A stretch of 63,997 bases of DNA, filler included, from Barthelona sp. PAP020 (lineage: Eukaryota): NCBI GenBank assembly GCA_040182905.1. It is 25 parts of 25 records of this genome, joined end to end, with 100 filler letters (N's around TTAATTAATTAA, not from the genome) between each part and the next. Parts side by side here need not be neighbours in the genome. Positions count along the whole stretch, not along the records: positions 54,959 to 57,377 come from JARQWU010000834.1; positions 57,478 to 59,893 come from JARQWU010000835.1; positions 59,994 to 62,403 come from JARQWU010000836.1; positions 62,504 to 63,997 come from JARQWU010000953.1; 21 more parts are not named here. One strand, 5' to 3'. The notes under the pieces were generated by a model. That model was not told where the DNA came from. It worked only from the letters and a program-made list of their open reading frames with translations, and searched no databases. Below, piece after piece: positions 54,959 through 63,997 of this stretch. The position numbers and the translations under genes were made by a program. Position 1 is the first letter of the stretch, and every line of letters starts with the position of its first letter.

Positions 54959-57377
54959 GGGTATCAAAAAAGAAATCTCCGAGGTTTATTTAAGACAGTT
55001 TGAGACTTTTGTTTCTCGTATTGAAAGTCAACAAATTATTATTGTTGGTACTATTCAGTTGTTAAACAATGATGTTATGTCTTTACCCATGTTATCTTTA
55101 TCTAACATTTCTGATTCTTTATCGCTTGCCAGTTCTTTAAATGCTTCAATGTGTAGTTTGAATACTCGAAATAGTATTCTGGGAATGCACAGCAACTCTT
55201 CTTTGTTTGGTTTTTCCAAGTCTCAATCAATGTCTATGGTATGGAACACTCAGTCGGGTGTTGTTGTAACAAGTGAAATGACTACTGATTACAGTGCAGA
55301 AACAGTATACAGTTTATTAGGTACTGTTGTTTATTGGGGAATGTTAGGTTGCGCTTCAGCTGTATTTCCAAAGCCAACTGACATTCAAGATGATTCTGCT
55401 GAGGTTCAATTGGTATCAGCTAGAGGATCAAGGAAGAATTTATCCAGCCAAATGTTAAACATTAGTGGGTTGTTCGAAAATGATGTTAGATTTCAAAAAA
55501 TGATTCAACGCTTGGAAACTATGGTTTTGGATTGTTACATGTCTTTGGAAACCTCTTTAAAGATAAAACGTAACATTGGTCAAACTGTAATTGATGCTGT
55601 TGAAAAGATTTTTGATACTGATGTCATACACGTTGATGAATTAGTTGTGAATGTCGAATATGATTGTCCTGGGTTTGTGATGCCTTCTTTAACGTATTTA
55701 CCTTCAGGAGGATTAAAACAGATCTTCAACAGAATATTTCCATTCAACAAAATATATGTCTCTTTTGAACAGTTCATAAGGAATGAAAAGAATGTTGAGT
55801 GCACTTCCGTTTATGAGTGGGATAATTCTTCTTTCTTAGCTTCACTCTCAGTTCATGCTAGGTTGATCCGAGAGTTCATCAAAGAATCAATCGATCAAAT
55901 AATCCATTTCACAAAGAATTGTATCACTTTTTTCAAAAACGCTAGAACGAAATTTAAAAATGGGGTTCAGGATAGTCAAGAATTTGAAGAGGTCAGCTCT
56001 TCTTCCACTCATTCTTTACCTATTAACAATACCAACAGCAGTATGTTAACAAAGAAGAAAAAAACAAACGCTTCTACAGTTGAATCTTTTCGCATAGGAC
56101 TGATAATTGGAAAATTTTTACAAGACCAATTTCAAGAAGTTTTCAGAGATATCATTCAATCAAATACTTTTATTATTGAGATGTCTGGTTTATTACAAGG
56201 GGAATTGGGCGAATTGGTTAATTTTTCAAACGAACTGATTGAACAAATAGAAATAATGAATAATGTTAAAGATGAATTCAGTGAAAAGACTGATGTTGCC
56301 TTGAAAGTCTTTCAACATGAAATATTGAATCGAATCGAAGATATAAACAACAATAGTAAGCATTATGAATCAAAGATTTGTTCTATTGCTACGAAATTTA
56401 ATGAAATTGGGTGCATTATGTTTGAAAAGAATAGAGAAAGAGTAAATGGATTGTATGAAGCTTTTCAAGCATTACAACCCAAAATTGTCAGATTAAAAAC
56501 TGTTGAAGATCAAATACGTTTTGATATCAGCTTAGTATCTGAACCAATGGAGATGAATTTGAATTATTCTGAAAGTTTTGATTCATATTTTGATGTATTT
56601 AAAACTTTAAATGAAATGAATGAACAATTTTATAAAATGATGCAATTATCTTGTAAGACTGATAATTTAATGTTATTAAGGATCTGCATGACTGAATTTG
56701 AAGCAAAATTGGTTAAAATGACTGGAGGATTATCTATTCGTATTAACATACAGGATTATTTTGGGAATTTATTTGATATTTTAAATGGTGCTCAAGATTT
56801 GATGAAGACTTCATATTCAATTTCAGAAATGTTTTCTATTGTTGCTGGAAAAGAAGTTCATGAGAAAGATATGACTTTAGATTTATTCTTATCTTGCTTG
56901 AATGAAAGACAAGAAATTTTAGAAGATTTCTCGTTATTCTTTGAAAATGTTAATGGTAATGGTGTGGATGATCAGTTATTAATAGATGAAATCAACAGTT
57001 ATTGGAGTCTTTATAACATCAGTTTTAATGAACACAAAACAGCAGTACGTTCAATGTCAGTTTTAGATCATTATTTTACTTTCTTTGGCTTAGAAAATGA
57101 TGGATTCATAAATCATGTGTACATAGCAGATTTAAGCTTATTGAGCATTTGGGATACTGATGATAGTCCTTTAATGAGCTTTATATTAAATAACCTGTTA
57201 ACTGATGAATTTGTGTATGCAAATGACCCTATTGAAATGTTACCATTATCTAAATCTTTACAAACTTATACAAAGAAAATTGTTGAACAATTACAGATAA
57301 GTAATCAGAATGAAGAATTGTTATTGCATTGGCATCAAAGGTTGTTAAAAGTTGAGAAGTTTTTGCAGATGTTATTT
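54959..57377 (+). CDS. Internal fragment of a large helical protein (variant 1)
   Basis: Open across the whole contig; paralog or allele of 57478-59893. Confidence 0.8.
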
Positions 57378-57477
57378 NNNNNNNNNNNNNNNNNNNNNNN
57401 NNNNNNNNNNNNNNNNNNNNNTTAATTAATTAANNNNNNNNNNNNNNNNNNNNNNNNNNNNNNNNNNNNNNNNNNNN

Positions 57478-59893
57478 AAATAACATCTGCAAAAACTTCT
57501 CAACTTTTAACAACCTTTGATGCCAATGCAATAACAATTCTTCATTCTGATTACTTATCTGTAATTGTTCAACAATCTTCTTTATAAAACTTTGTAAAGA
57601 TTTAGATAACGGTAACATTTCAATAGGGTCATTTGCATACACAAATTCATCAGTTAACAGGTTATTCAACATAAAGCTCATTAAAGGGCTAGCATCAGTA
57701 TCCCAAATGCTTAATAAGCTTAAATCTGCTATGTAGACATGATTTATGAATCCATCATTTTCCAAGCCAAAGAAGGAAAAATAATGGTCTAAAACAGCCA
57801 TTGAACGTACTGCTGTTTTGTGTTCATTAAAACTGATGTTATAGAGACTCCAATAACTGTTGATTTCATCTATTAATAACTGATCATTATTGCCATTCCC
57901 ACTAGTATTTTCAAAGAATAACGAGAAATCTTCTAAAATTTCTTGTCTTTCATTCAAGCAAGATAAGAATAATTCTAAAGTCATATCTTTCTCATGAACT
58001 TCTTTTCCAGCAACAATAGAAAACATTTCTGAAATTGAATATGAAGTCTTCATCAAATCTTGAGCTCCATTTAAAATATCAAATATCTTACCGAAATAAT
58101 CCTGTATGTTAATACGACTTGACAAATTTTCAGTCATTTTTATCAATTTCGCTTCAAAATCAACAACTTTCATCTTTAAAAACATTAAATTATCAGTCTT
58201 ACACGATAATTTCATCATGTTACAAAATTGTTGATTCATTTCATTTAAAGTTTTGAAAATTTCAAAATAACTATCAAAAAATTCAAAATAATTAACAGAA
58301 TTAATCTGCTTTGCTTCAGGTAAAAGACTTATATCAAATTTCAATTCAGTTTCTGCATTCTTTAATTTGATAATGTTTGGTTGAATTTCCAAAAATTCTT
58401 CAAACAATTTGTTTACCCTTTTTCTAGAAATTTCATCAAGAATACAACCAACATTATTGAATTTCATCGTTAAACCATCAATATATTCAGAATATTTTTT
58501 GCTGCTTGTCATAACATATTCTATTCTGTTTGAAATACTATTTTGAAAAGCTTTCAATGAAGCATCCGTTCTTTCATCAAATTGCTCCTTGATATCATTC
58601 ATGTCTTCAATTTCTTTAACCAGATTTTGAGAAATAGATACCAAATTCCCTAATTGACCCTCAAGTAACGAAGATACTTCAACAAGAAATTGATGGGCTT
58701 GACTAATATCTTTGAAAACATCTTGAAATTGTTCTTGAAAAAATTTAGCTATGATTAAACCAACACGATATGATTCAATCGATGATGTACTCTTTTTCTT
58801 TGAGTTAGTCAAACCATTTGAGGGTAAAAAATTAGTTTGAGATGAGACATTGGCAAGTTCAGTAATTTCTTGACTACCTTCAACTCCATTCTTAAATTTA
58901 TTCCTAGCGTTTTTGAAAAAAGAGATACAATTGTTAAAGATCAAAAATAATTGATCTATTGATTCTTTGATGAACTCTCGAATCAACCTGGCATGAACAG
59001 AGAGTGAAGCTAAGAAAGAAGAATTATCCCACTCATAAACGGAAGTGCACTCGACATTCTTTTCATTCCTTATGAATTGTTCAAAAGAGACATATATTTT
59101 GTTGAATGGAAATATTCTATTGAAGATCTGTTTTAATCCTTCTGATGGCAAATATGTCAAAGAAGGCATCACAAACCCAGGACAATCATATTCGACATTC
59201 ACAACTAATTCATCAACGTGTATGACATCGGTGTCAAAAATCAATTCAACAGCATCAATTATCGTTTGTGTGATATTACGTTTTAGTTTTAATGAAGTTT
59301 CTAAGGAAATATAACATTCCAAAACCATTGATTCTAAGCGTTGAATCATCTTTTGAAATCTAAAATCGTTTTCGAACAACCCAGTAATATTTAACATTTG
59401 GCTGGATAAATTCTTCCTTGATCCTCTGGCAGATACCAATTGAACCTCAGCAGAATCATCTTGAATGTCAGTTGGCTTTGGAAATACAGCTGAAGCGCAA
59501 CCCAACATTCCCCAATAAACAACAGTACCTAATATACTATAAACAGTTTCTGCACTGTAATCAGTTGTCATCTCACTTGTAACAACAACACCCGACTGAG
59601 TGTTCCATACCATAGACATTGATTGAGATTTGGAAAAACCAAACAAAGAAGAGTTGCTATGTATTCCCAGAATACTATCACGAGCATTCAAACTACGCAT
59701 TGAAGCATTTAAAGAACTGGCAAGTGATAAAGAATCAGAAATGTTGGATAAAGATAACATGGGTAAAGACATAACATCATTATTTAACAGCTGAATAGTA
59801 CCAACAATAATAATTTGTTGACTTTCAATACGAGAAACAAAAGTCTCAAACTGTCTTAAATAAACCTCGGAGATTTCTTTTTTGATACCCTCT
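57478..59893 (-). CDS. Internal fragment of a large helical protein (variant 2)
   Basis: Same segment as 54959-57377 with the same breakpoints. Confidence 0.8.
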
Positions 59894-60160
59894 NNNNNNN
59901 NNNNNNNNNNNNNNNNNNNNNNNNNNNNNNNNNNNNNTTAATTAATTAANNNNNNNNNNNNNNNNNNNNNNNNNNNNNNNNNNNNNNNNNNNNTTGTGTT
60001 CCGAATTAAGATAATTCTGATTGGAAACTAATTTTTACTTTACTTACAGCTTGTGTAACGTTCTTATTCTTATTATAAATTATTGTATATGTATTGCATC
60101 ATATTTAACAATCAGAAGTGCAAGAATAGAACCTAAAACAATGTTTATTTTGTCATTTGG

Positions 60161-60188
60161 GTGAAATCCGTCCGCTTTGCTGCGAACA
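60161..60188 (-). repeat. Isolated cassette D followed by TTTCAC
   Basis: TGTTCGCAGCAAAGCGGACGGATTTCAC matches 31392-31417. Confidence 0.7.
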
Positions 60189-61429
60189 ATTTATATCCAA
60201 CTATAAAGTGTAGAGGGTTGTGTTTGAGATATTAGCTGGATCGTCTTTCTTTTCCACCAATAAGGAAAAAAGAAATTGACTGGTTGAACTGAACTAAAGA
60301 AATTACAAAGTGAATATCAATTAGAATGTTGGAATGAAACTTTTGAAACTTTTCGAAAGTTTGGGATGTTGTTTTCTTTCTTTGCATGTTAACACCTCAA
60401 ACATAGGGACTCCTCCTTCTGTTAACTTTTATTTCCTTTACCTACCAGTTTTGAAACTTGTATAAATGGAATATATTTTCAGATGCTACAAATCTCGCTG
60501 TGCTAGTTCAAAGAAAGGAAAATATGGGCAAAGAATTGCACATAAAATCTTTCCTTTTCTTGATTAAAGAAATTTAAACGTTTATAAACTTCTTTCATTT
60601 TTACTCTGAAATTTGTGAAAATTGATGAAACTACTTTTCTCCTCCAAATGGTCAAATATTTTTTCGGCATTTTTAAACTTCCGAATTTGCATCAATTCTA
60701 CTATTTGAACTCAATTATTAATCAATTAAAATCTCGAAAATTGCAATGTTGCAGTGTAAAAAACAAAAATGCTTGCTAACACACAAATGACAGAACAATC
60801 AAAGGATAAAAAAAACATCTACTCATGCATAAAAAACTTTATAAGTTAGATTGAGCATGAATAGTGAACCAGAAATGTCCATTTTTTTTGTTTCTATTAG
60901 GCAGTTGGTCAAAATTTGTTGCTGGAACAAACTCAAGATGAAAAACCAAAATTCTGAAATCAAAATGTGGAAAATGATATGTTTAATTGTCTTTAAGCAA
61001 TGAAAATTGAAGAATGAAGAATTTTTCAGCCAACAAACATGTTCACTTTGCATTCCTCATCAATGAAGATTTTGTGGAACTCTCCAAAAAAAAAGAAGCT
61101 CAAATATATTTAAATGATTATTTTTCACATTCTACATGGTTTAAAAATTTGGAGAATAGAAAATTTTGATAAACTTGACAAAATGTTCATATTTTTTTTG
61201 TTGTCTTTTTTCTATTTTTACAAGGTATGTTTTGTGTGTTTTTTTACATGATGAATATGTAGTCCGTGTTTCTGATGTAACCCATGAAGAGAAACATTAC
61301 CACCTTTTGGTGATCTGATTTTATCATTTTATCTTTTGTTTAGAACTTAGCTAATATTAGTGTACAATAATTTTCAAATCAAGCTATTTTTCAATCATAA
61401 AAATCAGATATTTGTATTTTTTTAATTAA

Positions 61430-62233
61430 ATGAATGAAGATTTTCTTATGACTTTAGTTCCAACTACCATTGCTGGACTTTCAACCATGTTAGGCTGTTT
61501 AATTTTATTTTTTAAACCATCGCAGCAGTCATTTTCTTTGGGACAGTCTTTTACTTGTGGTTTTTTGATTACTATAAGTATTTTTGATCTATTACCATCG
61601 GCATTTGACATGCAAAAGTTAGTAAAACAAAAACATTTGGTTTCCATTTCATTTATATTTGGATGCTTTTTTTGTATTCTTATTGAACACATTGCTGATC
61701 GCTTTTTTTCAGAAGAACAAGCATTAAATGATATGTATAGAGGAAATAAAAAGAAAGAAAAAGTAGAAACACACAAAACGAAACCATATGCATCAATATT
61801 TGTGATGTCAACATCGATGCTTTTGCATAACTTACCTGAGGGTTTGATTGTTTTTGCAGCAACGACAAATAAACCACCCATATCAACCACTCTGGCGATT
61901 GCTTTTCACAATATTATTGAAGGAGCAAGTGTATCATTGTCAGTATATTGGGCAAGTAAATCCATTTTTCAAGCTTTGATATGGTGTTTTTTTTGCTCAG
62001 TTATTGAACCTATTGCCAATATTGTCAGCAATCTATTGTTGGCTGCATATGTTCAAAATTTATCTTTTAAAATTGTAAGTATTGGTTTTGTTGTTGGATT
62101 GATGATTACAATGAGTGTTTTGGACATTTGGACTGAAGTGATTAAAAATAGAAGCCCGAAGAACAATTCAACAAATTTTTTATTTTTATTTGGTTCAGTA
62201 GTTGCCATTCTTATCTTAATTTTTTCTCAATAA
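61430..62233 (+). CDS. ZIP-family (ZupT-like) metal transporter
   Basis: LLHNLPEG and AIAFHNIIEG signatures; multiple transmembrane helices. Confidence 0.9.
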   Translation: MNEDFLMTLVPTTIAGLSTMLGCLILFFKPSQQSFSLGQSFTCGFLITISIFDLLPSAFDMQKLVKQKHLVSISFIFGCFFCILIEHIADRFFSEEQALNDMYRGNKKKEKVETHKTKPYASIFVMSTSMLLHNLPEGLIVFAATTNKPPISTTLAIAFHNIIEGASVSLSVYWASKSIFQALIWCFFCSVIEPIANIVSNLLLAAYVQNLSFKIVSIGFVVGLMITMSVLDIWTEVIKNRSPKNNSTNFLFLFGSVVAILILIFSQ

Positions 62234-62309
62234 ATGAAGCATTTGTTTTTTTTTTTTTTGAGGAAATTGCAAACAATTTTTTTGAAAAAGAATATCATTA
62301 TATCAGGCC

Positions 62310-62403
62310 ATGAGTCAAAACAAACGATCCTTGCAGTTTAAAATAGGATTATTGGGTAATATGCAAGCTGGAAAAACGACCCTAATGGTTAAATATGTTC
62401 AAA
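62310..62403 (+). CDS. Tem1/Spg1-type small GTPase, 5' fragment
   Basis: Translates MSQNKRSLQFKIGLLGNMQAGKTTLMVKYVQ; GKTxLMVKYV is typical of Spg1/Tem1. Confidence 0.7.
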
Positions 62404-62503
62404 NNNNNNNNNNNNNNNNNNNNNNNNNNNNNNNNNNNNNNNNNNNNTTAATTAATTAANNNNNNNNNNNNNNNNNNNNNNNNNNNNNNNNNNNNNNNNN
62501 NNN

Positions 62504-63743
62504 TCAATGATAAGTTATCACATTGAGCTGAGATTCCACCATTGTAGAGAAATTTGAAATACTTAGAGTATTGGTGAAAAACAGGATCATTTGTGATACA
62601 CTTAGCTATGTTGATTGAATTGAAGGCATTTTTACAGTCAAGTGAGTAAACATTATGTGTTGGGAAAAGCAAAGATATTTTGTGAGCGATTGCTGAACAT
62701 CCATTTCTGATACCAATTCCATATTGATATGGTTGAAGATTTGGTGTCAGTTTCTCAGCTATTGTTTTGAATATGTGTTTCTCAACAACTTTCAAGAATG
62801 TATTACCAATCAAAATTGGTCTGATTCTTTTCTTATCCTTTTTCAGTGGAATAAGTTTAGCTATTTTCAAATGTTTGCTACACTTACCTGAGAGGATATC
62901 ATTGAAGATTTCAGTGACCAATACTGATGTAAATTTGGAGTCATATGCAGCACGTAACAATTCGATATTCCATCCAAAGATATCTGTTGAATATGAATTC
63001 TTTATTGAGTTGAGTATTGATATGATTTGATTAGCATTAACTTTAGGACATTCTAACTCTGTGAGATCTTCAAGAGGATTTTCAACACCAGTGGGAAATA
63101 GACGTTCCATTTCTCTTTTTATTACACTGTGATTTATTTCAATTCCACCTGATCGGATTAAATTAGCAGCTGTTGAGTATCGACCTCTTGCTATCAGTGA
63201 TTTAAGATCTTTTTGATGAAATTGTCTCTTGTTAGTTGATTCCTGTGTTGTAGAGTTTTGTATTGGTAATTTAAGTCGGTTGACTGTATCTTGATTTGAA
63301 TCATTATTGTGAAGATATAATGAAGGAAGACTCAATAACGTGTTTGGACCAAATAGAAATGCTTCAGCAACTCTCAGTTGCCAAAGTGACAATCCAAGTT
63401 CAGATGTTGGAAGAGTTCGTTTTGTTCCTGTTTTTGGTACATGAGGTACATCCAAATCTGACCATTGAGAATTTGATATACTCAAACAATTATTATGTAT
63501 TACACATTTATCATTGATCAAAATGCTACATAATTGTTTACATACTTTGCAACGCTTTAACTGAGATGAATCTTCTTGAACAGTTTCATCTGATTCATTT
63601 TGAGTAGAATTAGTTGTTATTGCTCCACCAATTGAACCATAAACTCGTAACTTAACATATCTTAGTTTTGCTCGATTAAATGCTTTTGTCAATATATTAT
63701 GAAGGTCAGTTTCGTTATCAAGTACAGCATAATCTGCTTCTTT
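62504..63743 (-). mobile_element. Second copy of the CRE-like retrotransposon, 5' interrupted or truncated within the PB1-like domain
   Basis: Near-identical to ~19200-20438, with scattered, mostly silent substitutions. Confidence 0.9.
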
Positions 63744-63997
63744 ACTACTACTACTACTACTACTATTTTACCTATTTACAAAACAAATGCTACACATTGT
63801 TACTTTGTTGCCTGTAGCAGGGCCCAGAACTCTGCGAGAAGTCCAGCTAGCCTGTACCTGATGCGAGGCCAGAGCGTGTGCTTGACGTATGGAGAGACTC
63901 TTTGCAGACACTTGTTGAAGAAAGTAGAGACTGTACTTGAGAAAAGACCAGTCTCTGAAAACACCAGAGGAATAACAGTATCACCGAACTTGCACTT
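63744..63997 (-). mobile_element. RLE-type element 3' end with (TAG)7 tail, joined head-to-tail to the RT copy
   Basis: Reverse complement of ~42276-42510; CTA x7 at 63745-63765. Confidence 0.82.

Noticed and set aside
54959..59893. Giant inverted repeat or tail-to-tail gene pair
   Set aside because: The two arms are separate contigs of similar length placed side by side by the linker; their relative orientation is arbitrary.

Overview
This window is not contiguous DNA. It is about 25 short contigs (~2.4-2.6 kb each, in roughly decreasing length order) joined by artificial N-run/TTAATTAATTAA/N-run spacers, so adjacency across spacers means nothing. Nearly all contigs come from an AT-rich, gene-dense, flagellated microbial eukaryote using the standard code, with 38-43 nt spliceosomal introns. 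Recognisable genes include RPS3, SerRS, CDC5, PRP39, HBS1-like GTPase, beta-tubulin, CRM1, SHMT, SLBP, PABP, RPN1, Tem1/Spg1, CFAP43 and a ZIP transporter. There are also expanded kinase-ankyrin and WD40 families and an MCM4 pseudogene. One contig (47368-49809) looks bacterial (Bacteroidota-like). The most striking signal involves three different Pol III genes on two contigs: tRNA-Ile(AAT), tRNA-Pro(AGG) and an SRP/7SL RNA. Each is followed, exactly 23 nt after the first T of its terminator, by the same B-box-like motif (T/G)GAGGATCGAGTCTC. Shared short cassettes follow, each starting TTCA/TTCG and variably truncated at the far end. This suggests an undescribed Pol III-targeted insertion system. 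The window also holds a CRE-like non-LTR retrotransposon with an apparent PB1 domain, and an RLE-type element 3' end with a (TAG)n tail joined into a second copy of it.
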